NCBI GenBank assembly: GCA_946965045.2
Contig: OX337236.1
Span: forward strand, 1,860,001 to 1,924,000
Reading direction: 5' to 3'
Length of the DNA stretch: 64,000 nucleotides
Origin: Epithemia pelagica
Taxonomy: Eukaryota > Protista > Bacillariophyta
The translations under genes were made by a program, and so were the position numbers. This document shows positions 1 through 14,971 of the stretch, in pieces. The notes under the pieces were generated by a model, which saw only the letters and a program-made list of their open reading frames with translations, was not told where the DNA came from and ran no database searches. Position 1 is the first letter of the stretch, and every line of letters begins with the position of its first letter.

Positions 1-3000
1 TATGAATCGCTGTCAATAGAAGAACGAAGCCGGAATGCCATGGTGCGAGCCGCCCGCGTCCTGTTGAATTCTATCCAAAGTAGTTCTGATAACAGAGCGA
101 CGAATCCGGAACGAGCAAACCATGGTTCTGTCGTCATTTTAGTGGATGTAGAAGTTGTTTCCGATACTACCGGTTGGGGCCAGCTTCATGTGGACGAAGG
201 TATCCAGATATTAAATTTGGACACATTCTTTCAACCCGTAATCCAATCGCTTGAATCTGCCGATCAGGAACAAGCGTCACATTTGCTGTCTATTTGTAAA
301 ACGGAATATGATCGACGTAATGCAAACAAACTTGTGCTTGAAGATCAAGCGTCCTCGGAAGACAGTGTCCAAGAGTATTGGTCCACCGAGGCCGTTTCCA
401 CTGGCATGAGGAAAGGTGAACTTTTGCGTGGCCGTCTGGATGTAACCAAGGAAAATTCCAAAGAAGCCTTTGTACGAGCGGATGGAAAGCACTGGTTCAT
501 TGATATCCGTGGAGGGAACCACAACCGAGCCATTCATGAAGATGTTGTTGTTATTCAGCCATTACCTCCAGAAAAGTGGGGTAGACCAGTCGGCAAACGG
601 CGGTTAGTTTTTAGCAAGGATAGTGACGATGATCAGGACACGTTAGTTGATAGTTTGTCCTTTCCGACGTTCCCCTCGGCCCAGATCGTGGCCATTCATT
701 CCTTGTCTCGACGGTCCTTTGTCGCCACAATGGTGGATATACCCCTTCCCGAAGAATCCGCTGTTCTTCTGGTACCAATGGATATACGAATTCCAAAAAT
801 ACGTGTACCTACGCGGTCTTGGCAGAAGCTTGTGGGTATGCGACTGTTGGTTCATGTTGATGAATGGCCAGTCGGATCCAATTACCCCCAAGGTCACGTT
901 GCGGAGGTATTGGGTCCGGTTGGGGACTTGGAAAGTGAAATCAAGTGTTTACTCTGCGAAAATGAAGTTCGTTTGGATCCCTTTAGTGTGGCTGCGTCGG
1001 CTTGTCTCCCTCAGGAAGGGGCGGCGTGGACGGTGGACTCACTGGCGCAGAACGAGTTGAACCGTCGGCGTGACCTTCGAGAAACACATCAAATTTTTAG
1101 CGTAGACCCTATCGGTTGTCAGGACATTGATGACACGATGCATGCCCGGTACTTAAGCAACGGAGATGTGGAGATTGGAGTACACATTGCAGATGTGACT
1201 TGGTTTGTGCCTTTGGATTCCGCACTGGATCGCGAAGCCAGGATTCGGGGAACAACATTTTATTTGGTAGATCGAAGGTTTGACATGTTACCGGGATTGC
1301 TCAGTTCCAATCTATGTTCACTCCATGACAATACCGATCGACTGGCAGTCTCTGTTATCTGGACACTGTCTCCTGATCTCAAAACAATCAAGTCCACCTG
1401 GTTTGGTAGGACAATCATCCATAACGTTGCGGCCATGACATACGAGCAGGCGGCGAATATTCTGGAAGGAAAGAAACCAGAAAGTGACGGTCAAAAGCCC
1501 CCTCCCCCCTTGACAGCTGGGGGACCGGTCAATCCGGCTCTGATTCCTTCACTACGGGATGATCTCGCACTTCTCACCAAGCTGGCTCGAATGCGTCGTA
1601 AGGGAAGGGAAGACGTTGGTGGAGCTGTGGATCTGTCCAGTGGTGACCTTGGTGGCGAGCTCAAATTCACACTCGTGAATGGTAAACCCGTTAGTGTGAA
1701 GCCCAAGCAAGACCTGGAAATACATCACACTATTGCTGAACTTATGATTTGGGCTAATACATCAGTCGCCACCAAAATATATGAACGATTTCCTGGCTCT
1801 TCTCTTCTCCGAATTCATCGCGAAGTGGAAGAAGACCGGTTTGATGACTTGAAAGAGATGTTGACAGCGGGAAATGTCGAATTGAGAGGGAAAACCAACA
1901 TGGAATTGGCAGATACCCTGAAGAAAGCTGGACACAAAACGGTTCCTGTGGTGGCTTCTCTCTTTCGATCTCTTGCCACAAGGGCCATGTCGGAAGCTCA
2001 ATACATTTCGTCTGGGGGTGCCATAGAAGGACAGAATCTCTCCCATTATGGGCTTGGGCTTTCGTTTTACACCCATTTCACTTGTAAGTATTCAGTACAG
2101 AGATACCTCCATGCTAAACTTGAGTCCTTGTCATCTCATTGTCTGTGTAGCTCCAATTCGTCGTTACGCCGATGTCGTCGTTCATCACCAGCTGATGGCA
2201 GCACTGACAGAACCAAAACCATTGCAGGGAAATGACACAGGTGGTGGAGAAGCGGAAAAACCTCTATCAAGCATTCCAGACTCGGCGGCAATGTCTATGC
2301 TGAATTCAAAGGCAGGGATAACGGCGTCGCCTACCAATGCAAATGGTTCCAATCAACCCATCAATGACGATGCGAATGAGTTAGTTGCCAAAATGGAGGG
2401 TCTGACAATTGAGAGTGATGAGGGCCACAGAACAACTGACAACATGGGGAACAACACCAAGCCCTTTTCGGGTGACCAAGTAACTACCATTTGCGATCGT
2501 TTGAATCTACATACTCGACTGGCAAAGCAATGTTCGTTTGAATGCCAAGGCCTCTTTCTCAGTCTCTTCTTCAAGGACCATGTAGAGGTGACAGAGGCGG
2601 TGGTTTCGAAACTCAAGGAGAACGGTTTTGAAGCCTATATACCACGGTTTGATATCCGAGCTCCAGTGTACTTGCGTGACTCGGATGGTTTTGTGCAAAT
2701 GGATCCATCCTTGTTGAATCTGCCTCCGGAATCGGGCCATGACGCCACCTTGGGCTTTGCCTGGTCCAAGGCTTGTCGGCGATTTGCTCGAGATCACGTG
2801 GAGCTTGAGTTGACCTCGGCAGGTGATGCCTTGCACGTGCGCGTCGACAAAAAGACTCGCTTGACGTTCCAACCCTTGACGGTCATGTCGGTCGAAATTT
2901 TTTGCAGCGACTGGGACCACCGAGCGCGGATTCCATCACCTCGGGTGCATCTCGTACCATCCAATCACCAAACGCAAGACCACATGTCCTCCAAGAAGGT

Positions 3001-3478
3001 GGCCCCGAAACACAATGGAACACCAGAACTGTCAAGTACAAAAAGCCTTCTGTCGACGTCTTTGACCACATGGAACACATCAACACCAACATTGTTTGAC
3101 ATTGTACGATCAGTGAGGGACGGGACGACCGAGGCATTGGTGCCATCTTCTGCAAACTTGGAGGTTACATCAAACAACAACTCTTCCGGAAGCGACAACA
3201 CTGCGAGTAGGCCTCTGTCCACACGGACTCAAGTTCTCAAGGGCCGTATCGTGTTTGGCAATTTTGTGAATCCCAATACGAAATTGGCGGAACAATTAAA
3301 GGCACAGCAAGAAGCAGCCGAAGCCTACGAGTGGTCGTCGCAGCAACAACCGAATGCAGCAGCACAGTCCTCACGCCGCGACAGTGATGCGGAAGCACGT
3401 CGTGTGGAACGGGAAGTGACGGCTCGACAACAACGATTGGCCAAGGAAAAGCGCGAATCGCGACGTCCTAGGAAATGA
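1..3478 (+). CDS. DIS3: DIS3/RRP44-family RNase II-type exoribonuclease, 5'-partial, intron 2084..2150
   Basis: Frame open from base 1. RNB catalytic motif FSVDPIGCQDIDD, plus VHIADVT and IAELMIWAN. GT..AG intron 2084-2150 joins YTHFT to SPIRRYAD, the canonical RNB C-terminal motif. Paralog identity within the DIS3 family is uncertain. Confidence 0.9.
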
Positions 3479-3610
3479 TCCATAAAGCATTCAACAGGAA
3501 CACACTTTGTTACAAACGAACTATATACAGGCTTTTAGGATACACCAGACAACCAATGTAAACTCTATTGCACCAACAGTTTTGGACAAGTGCTACAAAG
3601 ATGGGAATTG

Positions 3611-5068
3611 TCATGTCAGATCCATTTCGACATCCTGATCTTCATTGGTTGTGTTTTCTTGGCTCTTGTTGTTCGTGTCCTTTTGGGGTGGTGTCTGTTT
3701 GTTTTCGTCATCATCACGCATTGGGCTTGTCGTCGACGATTTGAGAGAGGGTGGAAGAAACAAATCGGTTCTCCCACATCCACATTGTTGTGCAATTTCT
3801 TGTTCTTCCTGAGCCGTCATGCGTTGGAGAGCGGCTCGCAAGGCCCGGTCTCTTCGATCTTGCATCGACGATGCGGGTCCCTCCATAGTAGTACTACCAC
3901 TACTACCACCCAGTCGATAGGTACCCCCTTCAAAGGCGGCCGCCGTGTCCTCCACGCCGCCCGTCGTCAGTCCGGCTCCTTGCGTCCAATCCAATTCTTG
4001 ACAGTCTCGTTCAATTTGCCGCATTAATACAAAAAAGTCTTGATTGTGTTCCGAATGGACATTGTGGGCCAATTCATGATACAAGACTTTGCGAATGGTC
4101 AAGGGTTTGCGAAACCCTTGCAAATCATCAGTTCGGATTCGTAATTTGATGCGTTGCCCCTTGTTTTCATTCAAGCCCATGACACAAATGGCCGATTCTC
4201 CCACCTTGCCCTCGGGATAAAGTTCGGCCAAGGCACCAACCTGCCATTTATGTTTGGCCATGCACGCCAAAATTCCCGGATCGTTGGCCAAGGATTCCAA
4301 AATGCGACGCGCCTCGTCTTGGTGCGGCAAATGGGGCAAGGGTTCAATCCGACCAAAGCCGTACTGCGTCTTCTGATTGGCCGTCTGCAACCGATGGGAG
4401 GCTTGGGCTGCCTGCTGCAATGCGTGACGTCCCTGTCGTTGTCGAGCGGCGTGTTGACGGATTCCCGCATCGGACAAGTCATCCCGAACCTGACGGGCCA
4501 ATTTGGCTTGTTGTTGGGCCCCCGTGGCATTGTACTGCGCCACTTGGGCCTGCGACAAGCCCGTGGCCAACAATTTCCACACCTTTTTGGGGGTCGTCGT
4601 CTTGGGAGTCGTCGACGAGGAAGGAACCAAGGTGCGATAGAGCGAGGTGGTGGATGAATCGTGGTGGTCATCCTTCGAAACCTCGTCTTGTAACACTTTG
4701 CCCTTAAACAAGAGTTTGAGTTCGTGGGGTTGCACTACGGGCAACGACTCGGTCGTTTGTTGGTTGGCTGCTTGTTGTTGTACGGCGGCAATCACATGTT
4801 CCTTGACCTGTTGCACCGTGGTAGTGGGCCACAAGTCGAGTTCGACCTTGATTCCACGATACGTAATGGACAAGACGCCCGGAGATGGACTACTACTACT
4901 TGTCGTCGTCATACTAGAACTCATATGGGTATACCAAGCAATCGGTGCTGCGTGTGTGGTAAACTGTTCCAAATACGTCTGCTTGTCAAAAATCGATCCA
5001 ACCCTGTTGTGCTGTTGAACCACAGAAGAGAAAGTTGTTTGGTTCCAATATTGTGTTTTGCGCAACAA
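3611..5068 (-). CDS. Ubiquitin-like + WLM metalloprotease (Wss1-like); probable start near 4924
   Basis: N-terminal Ubl-like segment (TTVQQVKEHV...LKLLFKGKVL). WLM motifs MGLNENKGQRIKLRIR and HELAHNVHSEH (HExxH). Confidence 0.85.
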   Translation of the reverse strand: MLRKTQYWNQTTFSSVVQQHNRVGSIFDKQTYLEQFTTHAAPIAWYTHMSSSMTTTSSSSPSPGVLSITYRGIKVELDLWPTTTVQQVKEHVIAAVQQQAANQQTTESLPVVQPHELKLLFKGKVLQDEVSKDDHHDSSTTSLYRTLVPSSSTTPKTTTPKKVWKLLATGLSQAQVAQYNATGAQQQAKLARQVRDDLSDAGIRQHAARQRQGRHALQQAAQASHRLQTANQKTQYGFGRIEPLPHLPHQDEARRILESLANDPGILACMAKHKWQVGALAELYPEGKVGESAICVMGLNENKGQRIKLRIRTDDLQGFRKPLTIRKVLYHELAHNVHSEHNQDFFVLMRQIERDCQELDWTQGAGLTTGGVEDTAAAFEGGTYRLGGSSGSTTMEGPASSMQDRRDRALRAALQRMTAQEEQEIAQQCGCGRTDLFLPPSLKSSTTSPMRDDDENKQTPPQKDTNNKSQENTTNEDQDVEMDLT

Positions 5069-5610
5069 TCAACAATATATTGTGTGAACGACAAGTCTAC
5101 CACAACGGCATCCACATCAACGTCGTCGTGGTCGTCGAACTTTTTTGAACTTTTTTTTCGCGTGGTTTCGTTCTTGGTCGCAACTTCGAATGTGTTCGAA
5201 TCTGTTCCTTGCCTTCAGGACACCTCGCCCCCTAAACCCTAAAGGGGTGTGCTCATTCATAAAAGGGTGGAAAGACCGACAGAAGGGGGAAATCGAATGT
5301 ATTTGGGGGCGATTTTCTCGCAAAATTGACACCACATTCACATTCCTCTCATTCGAACATTGCGAACGAAACTAGAGTCTGAAACGAGCTCTCCTCGTCC
5401 ATTTGCCTCTCTCTCTCTCTCTCTCTCTCCGGAGTCGACAACGCTAGCGGAACGAGCAGGAGGGAGAACCGAACCATTGTGGACATTCTCCATTCGTTCC
5501 CCATTGCGTCAAATTCGGAATTCGGAATTTTGGTGTACCACGTTTCGTTCCAGCGAGGGGAACGTGTCGAGGAAGGACGACGACTCCATTGACATCAGTG
5601 TTCCTTCACC

Positions 5611-7506
5611 ATGGTCGATATCAGAGCAGCCACAAGTCCATCGAATCCCCAAACAGAAGTGACATCTTCTTCTGCCCCCGGTCCGAGTCCCACAATAGAA
5701 ACAACAACGACTCGTGCTCATGGCTGTCCCTGTCAAGCACTCACTTCGGTTCCCAAAGGAGGAGTATTCTCTACTGGTGGAATGAACCAACCCCCAACTG
5801 TATCCAAGGACGACTCGAACGGCGCTGCCACGCAAAAAGTCGTGTGTCCAGCCTGTATTCATGCCCTGTTGCACACGGCTCGGGAGCGTCGAGCTCGTGT
5901 CCAGGCTCGACACCAAGTGTTGCGAGCCAACTGTCAAGCAACCTTGGAGGCGACACCCCCCTGGACGGAATTGCAACAAGAATTGTTGCACTTGCAACAG
6001 GAATCGGAACGATTGCGAACGACCAACAATCAACTCGCCTTGCAAACGGCCAAATTGGCCTGTCACAATCAAGAACGACACACCAAATTGCAACAACAAC
6101 AAGTACTACAAGTACAACAGCAACAACAACCACAAGGAGATGGTTCCGAAACGACCGTCGTCTCGTCGGTTCAATGGCAACGTGATTGGTTGCGTCACTT
6201 GCAGACTGTCTTGCTGTCGGAATCATCCCCAAACGACGACAACTCACACGGCCCCGGCGCCTTGCCCTGTGGAATTGCTCATGTTCGTGACAAGGTTCGT
6301 CGACTTCGATTCCAATGGGCCGTGACAGCCTTTGAGTTGCATCGATTGGATGTCTCCGCGTCCGATGTTCCAGTCGTGGTAGGGGAAGGACCAGCACGAC
6401 GACGACGACGACACTTGACCATGACACCGCGAGGCATTGGCAAAATTGCCGGATTGCCCTTGCCTCATGCCGGACCCGAACTCTACAGTGTCTTGCCACC
6501 TCAAGAATTGCAATCGGCCCTTCGACTCGTGGCTTCCTTGACGAGTTTGGTCGCAAGTTGTTTGGGGATTGCCCTGCCGCATCCCATTTTGCTGACGCCA
6601 CCCTCCCTCTCGGCTGAGGGTAGTCCACAGCAAGCCAATGCCGATTTGACCAGTCATGTCGTCAATCTCTCCTCGTCACCCATTTCGTCCTTGTCCAGCG
6701 CGGGTGCAGCATCCTCCAGTCGTCCACCCATGGAGTCTCATCATTTTGGTGCCACCACAACCACTAACAGCCAACCAGCCAAGCCTTCTTCTTCTGCTGC
6801 CTCTACATCCGCGTCCGCCTTGGCCGCGTCCACCGTGTCGGCAGCCGCTTCTTGGACATCGTCCTTGGTGGGACAAACGGCACAACGAGTTTGGACCGCG
6901 GCAGCGGCTGGGAAACATCCCACGACCAAACCAATCTCCACGAGGCCGTCTCGGACGGTATCGCCACCAGTTTCCCACACGACGGCGACACCACGTCCCA
7001 CGACGACAACAACAAGAACAACAACAACAAGATTGGAAGCCCATTCCCTCTTGCCACCCCCTCTGCTCAATGGCGCCGCCGTCCAACAACGCATTCATCA
7101 TGCGACCTGTGCCGTCTTGGCGGAAAAACCGTTTCCACCCTCCAGCCATTTTAGCAGCAGCAGCAGCAGTACTGGGACGACGACCCCGGCACTGTATAGT
7201 TTGTGTCTGGTCCAGCGCCATGCATCGTCCTCGTCGTCCTGCGGCTCGGCACACCACCAACCAAGTGGTGGTGGTAGTGCCGCAGCCGGACCCGACGGAT
7301 CAGACACTTCCCAACACGGCGACCACAACAACAACAACAAGAATGAAGAGGAATTTGCCATTGCCTTGCAATTGCTGCAAAATAATATCGTGGCCTTGTG
7401 TATCCGAGCCGGTGCTCCCGTCGATCGCTTGTTGCCCGCCCAAGCGGTACTGTTGAATTTGCATGTCTTGCATCAATTTTGTCGGCAACAAGCACATGGA
7501 CTGTAA
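5611..7506 (+). CDS. ATG14/UVRAG(Vps38)-like PI3K complex subunit
   Basis: N-terminal Cys motifs (CPCQ, CPAC), coiled coil, IAGLPLP...LVASCLGIALPHPI and C-terminal ALQLLQNNIVALC pattern typical of the ATG14/UVRAG family. Confidence 0.65.
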   Translation: MVDIRAATSPSNPQTEVTSSSAPGPSPTIETTTTRAHGCPCQALTSVPKGGVFSTGGMNQPPTVSKDDSNGAATQKVVCPACIHALLHTARERRARVQARHQVLRANCQATLEATPPWTELQQELLHLQQESERLRTTNNQLALQTAKLACHNQERHTKLQQQQVLQVQQQQQPQGDGSETTVVSSVQWQRDWLRHLQTVLLSESSPNDDNSHGPGALPCGIAHVRDKVRRLRFQWAVTAFELHRLDVSASDVPVVVGEGPARRRRRHLTMTPRGIGKIAGLPLPHAGPELYSVLPPQELQSALRLVASLTSLVASCLGIALPHPILLTPPSLSAEGSPQQANADLTSHVVNLSSSPISSLSSAGAASSSRPPMESHHFGATTTTNSQPAKPSSSAASTSASALAASTVSAAASWTSSLVGQTAQRVWTAAAAGKHPTTKPISTRPSRTVSPPVSHTTATPRPTTTTTRTTTTRLEAHSLLPPPLLNGAAVQQRIHHATCAVLAEKPFPPSSHFSSSSSSTGTTTPALYSLCLVQRHASSSSSCGSAHHQPSGGGSAAAGPDGSDTSQHGDHNNNNKNEEEFAIALQLLQNNIVALCIRAGAPVDRLLPAQAVLLNLHVLHQFCRQQAHGL

Positions 7507-7731
7507 AACATTTTGATAGAGAGCCATGTGTATTCTATAGAATCGGACGAATGCGTTAGCCTAGGTATATCTATTGTGGATATAGAGGACCAACGGTTCT
7601 GCAGCGTCCATGTCGTCTTCCTCCTCTTTCTCCAGAGACACGATGGAAAGCGAGGTACTGCCAAAAGAGAACCGGAATGCATTGGTCGAGACCAGCCACG
7701 GGATGTGGTTGTGCTTCGACTGGCTCTTGTC

Positions 7732-8844
7732 TTAGTAATACCCTTGTCGTCCTTGTCCGCCATAGCCATCATTGTAATAGTCATTGTTGTTGTTGTCGTC
7801 GTCTTGGTAATAATAGTCGTCGTCGTATCGGTTCCGATTGTCGTTGTCGTAATATCGATTGTCGTCATTGTCGAATCGATTGCGAGTTCGGTCTCGACTC
7901 TTGTTATTGTTATTGTTATTGGTGGTGAGATTGTTCAAGAGGGGACCAATGCCCGGCAGTGTCTTGGCCACGGCCAAGAGGACGGGGAACATGTTGCCAA
8001 ACAAGTTGAGCAAGCCAAAAATTTCCAGCATCATACCAAAGACGGGACTGCCCAAAAAGACGAGCACAATGCCAATGCCCAAACACAGCGTGGCCCGCAA
8101 CTTTTCGGGTTGCAAAAAAAACGAGGCCGTCCGACTCAGACCCATGGTAATGGCCACACCGGCAATAAAGAGGAGATTGCCCAAGCGCAACAAAGCCTTG
8201 TTGAAAAAGAGGGACATGCCCAACATGGTCACGACGGAACCGGCACCCACCAAGGATAAGCCAATGCGGCGATCGCCCGTTCGAATTATCGACGGCAACC
8301 TGTCCATGTTGAATGACGACGACGAAGTAGACGATGGCGACGACGAGGAACGAGGCGATGGGCCTCGATCGTCGTAGTAGTCGCCATAGTCTTGTGGATA
8401 ATGATTGTCATTTCTTCTTTCATGGTAATAGCCATAGCGATCCTCCTCATAGTAGTAATCGTCGTCGTCTCGATCTCCCCCTCCTCCTCCGCGGGGCAAG
8501 CCTTCCAACAATTGTACGAAAGATTGACATTCGTCCAAAAAGGTTCGACTCGTGACGGGCAACGGCATGGAACTGGTGGACGACATGCCCCAGGGAGGCA
8601 AAAACGATGATGAGGATGGACCATTCTTCTTGGGGAGAGGACTACGGTACGGTCGTGATGGTCGAGGTCGTGGTCCATTCCATGCGGGTCGTTGGAGGTC
8701 GTCGCTCGCGGCAGCGACGGTCGAGGCTACTCCTGTTGTTGCCGTCCAGTATGCAGTCCACACCGTCGTCCATCCAATCCTCCCCCTTCGTCCACAGGGA
8801 TTCCGGTGACACTCGTCTCCTTTCGGTGTGCGAACGCTCTTCAT
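7732..8844 (-). CDS. GOT1: GOT1/SFT2-family vesicle transport membrane protein with low-complexity D/Y/N-rich extensions
   Basis: Core RRIGLSLVGAG...LFFNKALLRLGNLLFIAG...FGLLNLFGNMFP matches Got1. Confidence 0.8.
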   Translation of the reverse strand: MKSVRTPKGDECHRNPCGRRGRIGWTTVWTAYWTATTGVASTVAAASDDLQRPAWNGPRPRPSRPYRSPLPKKNGPSSSSFLPPWGMSSTSSMPLPVTSRTFLDECQSFVQLLEGLPRGGGGGDRDDDDYYYEEDRYGYYHERRNDNHYPQDYGDYYDDRGPSPRSSSSPSSTSSSSFNMDRLPSIIRTGDRRIGLSLVGAGSVVTMLGMSLFFNKALLRLGNLLFIAGVAITMGLSRTASFFLQPEKLRATLCLGIGIVLVFLGSPVFGMMLEIFGLLNLFGNMFPVLLAVAKTLPGIGPLLNNLTTNNNNNNKSRDRTRNRFDNDDNRYYDNDNRNRYDDDYYYQDDDNNNNDYYNDGYGGQGRQGYY

Positions 8845-9243
8845 CGTAATGACTTGGGATATCTTCCAGAAACGGTGAAGAAAAATGAGAGAGCCGTGTC
8901 ACGGCGGGTGCACAGGACTTGGATCTGCAACGTGGAACTCCAAAAGCTAAGTGACGTAGAAACCAGTCCCGTTCGTGATCCAAATAGGTACTGAGCCGTT
9001 CGGAACATAATTCGTGGACCGTCCATACCCCACGTGCGCGCGCACCAAATCTTTGTGTGCGCCGCTCGACTTGATGTGTGACGGATTTTCAATGGTGTGC
9101 TTTTTGTTCTTGATGTATTTTCGACGTTCCATTCAAGCCATCCATCGTTTAGAATCTTGCTCTACGGAAAAAGAACTAGGTAGCAGTACCCACCAGCCAA
9201 AGCAACAAGAAGAAGAACAACAACAACTACATTCACAATCATC

Positions 9244-11185
<1,942 letters not shown>

Positions 11186-11476
11186 GACTACCTACATCAT
11201 ATTGCAAGTCGTCGCAACTGCCGTTTCCACTCACTCCTTTTACGATATACCATTATCATAATACTACTACATGAACCACCCGTCTAGGAAAACCTGTTAT
11301 TCTTTTGTGTCGTCTATTGTAACTGGTTCACGATGCTTGTTGTGCATAGACCGTTCCAGACTTGTAGACGATGGTGTCAACAAACACGGACGATCGAAAC
11401 ATTCAACTCGAAAGACATGTCTGTACAACCTTACAAGCGGCACGAATATACTATCTATAAATTCAATTCTATTTGG

Positions 11477-13512
11477 TTACGCTAGGAGCTCCAGCTTGTT
11501 CTCCATGATATCGGCCAGAGTCTTGAGGAACAGAGCAGCATCTGCCCCATAGATTTGGCGATGGTCACACGTCAAGGTGACGGACATTTTCTTGACCTTT
11601 TTCATTCCCAAAACGGCCTTGGAATCGGGAACAATGACTTCTTGTGTGGCACCCACTGCCAAGATTCCTCCTTGCCCTTGCGGTAGAATCGCTCCAAAGT
11701 GGGACACACCAAACATGCCCATGTTCGAAATGGTAAAGGTACCCGAAGTGTACTCGGCTGGAGAAAGCGTTCCCGATTTCGCCTTGCCCACAAGTTCCTT
11801 CCAGTTCTCGCCCAATTCCATGACGCTTCGTTCATTGGCGTACATGAGGGTGGGAGTGATGAGACCACCATCAATCGCCACGGCCATGGCAATGTTGATA
11901 TCTTTCTTGTACACAATGGTTCCACCACCTTCTTCGGAGAATCCCGAGTTGATAATGGGATGTTTCTCAATCGCCAGAGCAACAGCCTTGGCCAGCAAGG
12001 CCGAGACTGTCACACCCTTTGGTTTCAATTTGAGGTACAAGGCATCAAAGTCATCCATGAGAATATCTCTAGTCACTCGGAATTCCGGAATGGAAAGAGT
12101 GGCAACCATGTTGTTGCTGACGGCCCGTTGCATTCCCGTCATGGCCACGGGTCCCTCGGGAAGTTCGACCGCCACTGCACCGGGAGCTGCGGGGCGCGTT
12201 CGCTCCACCTTCTTTTCACCCGTGGCGATGAGGACATCGTCGGCGGTCACTCGACCAAATTCTCCCGTTCCTTGAATGGTACTCAACTCAATCTTGGCCT
12301 TTTTGGCCAATGCTCGTGCCGTCGGTGTGGCAGCAATGACACCAGGAGCCGGTGTCCAGGCCGGTTTCGCCGGGGCAGCTGCCGCAGCAGGGGAAGCTGC
12401 CTTGGCCGGAGCCGCTCCGGACGCGGCCGCTTCCACATCGGTGGCCGTGACTCGTCCACCCGGTCCCGTTCCAGCAATGGTTGCCAAGTCCAGACCGAGT
12501 TCTTCGGCCCGTTTGCGTGCCAGGGGCGATGCCACAACGCGTTCCCCATCCACAGGAGCCTTGGCCGAGGCAATGGCGGCCGCAGCCGCCGCCGGAGTCT
12601 TGGGTGCCGCCTCGGGAGCGGCGGGTGCCGCCGCCACGGGAGCAGCTCCCGACAAGGTGGAGGCATAGGCCTGCAAGGCGGGAATGTCGGCTTCCTCTTC
12701 GGCAATGAGTGCCACGGGGGCACCGACGGCACCACTTTCTCCTTCTTGCGTAATAATGGCAGCCAAGAAACCGTCTTCAAAGGCTTCCACATCCATGTCC
12801 GCCTTATCGGACTCTACCACCATAATGGCTTCACCGGCCGAGATGGCATCACCCTCGGATTTCAACCAAGAAACCACCTTTCCTTCCTTCATTGTGGACG
12901 AAAGGGCGGGCATGTCAATCTGACTAAACGCACAGTCCGGTGCTTGGGGAACAAACAAACAAGAAAACTCAAGGTGAGGGCATGGCACACCACGAGACTA
13001 CAACTGCCAACACACACACCAACCAACTATACATGGTGGGACCTACCTTCGGTGGAAGCCGCAGGGGCAGCCTCGGTCGACGCAGCCGGTGCGGCAGCAG
13101 CAGCCGCAGGCGCCGTTCCATCAAAACTGGCAATCACTTCCTGTATGTCCGCCTCATTCTCCGCAACAAGGGCGACGGCTTCACCAACGGGAGCCATGGC
13201 ACCTTCTTCGACAATAATTTTGGCCAGATAGCCATCTTCAAAGGCTTCGACATCCATATCGGCCTTGTCGGATTCCACGACCATGATGGCCTCACCGGCT
13301 TCAATCGAGTCACCTTCCGACTTGAGCCAACTAACCACACGTCCTTCTTTCATGGTGGAGGACAAGGCCGGCATGGTGATGGTACTGCCTTCGGCAAACA
13401 ATTCCGTGAGGCTTCGGCCCACAGAAGGACGCCATGGTTCTACAACACCAAAGGCATTCGAGGATCGGGCCAACAAGGCCACAAGGACACTGCAACTCAA
13501 GACGACCCTCAT
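11477..13512 (-). CDS. DLAT: Plastid pyruvate dehydrogenase E2 (dihydrolipoamide acetyltransferase), two lipoyl domains, intron about 12943..13046
   Basis: Signal peptide ending SSNAF. Two MPALSSTMKEG...ESDKADMDVE lipoyl domains, E3-binding segments ASPLARK/ATPTAR, catalytic TCDHRQIYG. Confidence 0.93.
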
Positions 13513-13904
13513 CTTTCAATTCCGAGACTCGCAATGATGATGGATGGGATGTTGGTTGTCTCACAATCAATACAAAACTTGCGAGAGATCTCTCAAACAA
13601 CTCGTCTGCCAAGTGATGTCGTCGCGTGTCTCATCAGTCGTCATCTCTCCCATCTTTCGCGAGACATCAACGTCACAAAATCAGTCCTTCTCCACTAAGG
13701 TTATCCGTACTGTACTATGGGTCGCGGTTTTTCGGGATATGGACGAGTACGTGTTCCCATCAAAACCCCAGAGTGACGAAGCAATGATAAGGCAAAATAC
13801 TGAACAAGAACTTGACACCACTCGAAGGGGAGTGATGACAGATCTTGGAGAAGATACCGATCCGACGCACCAACGGCACAATCGAAACAAAAAAGGTCCC
13901 CACC

Positions 13905-14528
13905 ATGATGAAGCTGGCCGTCGCACTTCTGATTTTCCTAAATGGAGCACATGCTTTTGTGTCTCCCATACCGAATGGAGCAACCACCACCACCACAAGA
14001 CTCCATGCCGAAGAAGAAGAAGAGGCCACAGAAGAAGCCGCAATGTTGGGTGCTCAAGCCATTTCGGCCTTGACCTCGTCCGTGTCGGCCATTTTTCCAT
14101 CGGAAGATGTGGATAACACCATCCCTCATCGATACCCCTTTGCCTTGGTGGATAAGGTTGTCGAATACGAGGCTGGTAAAAGAGCTGTTGGTATCAAGGC
14201 GGTGACCAAGAACGAAGAATTCTTCAACGGCCACTTTCCTGGACGACCCATCATGCCGGGTGTCTTGCAAGTCGAAGCCTTGGCCCAACTGGCGGGTATT
14301 GTCTGTTTGAAAATGGAAGGCAATGATGCGGGTGCCATCTTTTTCTTTGCCGGTGTGGATGGTGTCAAGTGGAAGAAACCCGTCGTGCCCGGTGATTCCC
14401 TCGTGATGGAAGTGGAAATTCTCAAGTTTAACAAAAAGTTTGGCTTGGTCAAGGCCACCGGAAAGGCCTGTGTCGATGGAGAAGTGGCCCTGGAGGTGGA
14501 AGAAATGACCTTTGCACTGGCCAAATAA
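13905..14528 (+). CDS. fabZ: Plastid beta-hydroxyacyl-ACP dehydratase
   Basis: [18 protein letters not shown] presequence. Motifs [34 protein letters not shown]. Confidence 0.95.
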   Translation: MMKLAVALLIFLNGAHAFVSPIPNGATTTTTRLHAEEEEEATEEAAMLGAQAISALTSSVSAIFPSEDVDNTIPHRYPFALVDKVVEYEAGKRAVGIKAVTKNEEFFNGHFPGRPIMPGVLQVEALAQLAGIVCLKMEGNDAGAIFFFAGVDGVKWKKPVVPGDSLVMEVEILKFNKKFGLVKATGKACVDGEVALEVEEMTFALAK

Positions 14529-14971
14529 TAGAACAACAACACAAGAGAGTTGCTACATAGACGAAACTATTAAACCGTACAATGCCACATTCTGGATGTG
14601 TAGGGGACTGTTGTATGCTTCTTTCACACAGTATTCGTATATCACAAGTTTCACCGTGCCACGAGTGTCACACGGACGCACGCAGTGTTTTCAAAATATT
14701 TAAGCCGTTTTGCATTGTGGTCTGATCTATGTGTAGACTGTAATGCCACATGTCTGCTAGAGTAGCAACAAAATCTTCCTTCCCACAGTGAGGACAATGT
14801 GGATTCTCTGTCGTAGAACAGAGTTCGAAGGGCCGTCCTCCGCCTTGTGGCTACACACACCACCGTTGGTATATGGAGTCATCTTGAACCTGTCCGTGGC
14901 ACGACAAGGATCGGACCTGGTGGCGGGTACCAATTCCAGATGGACTGAGGGGAATGTGAGGCGCGAGGTCG

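Noticed and set aside
5230-5245. AAACCCTAAA telomere-like motif (also about 54466 and 60155)
   Set aside because: Single units only, not an array.
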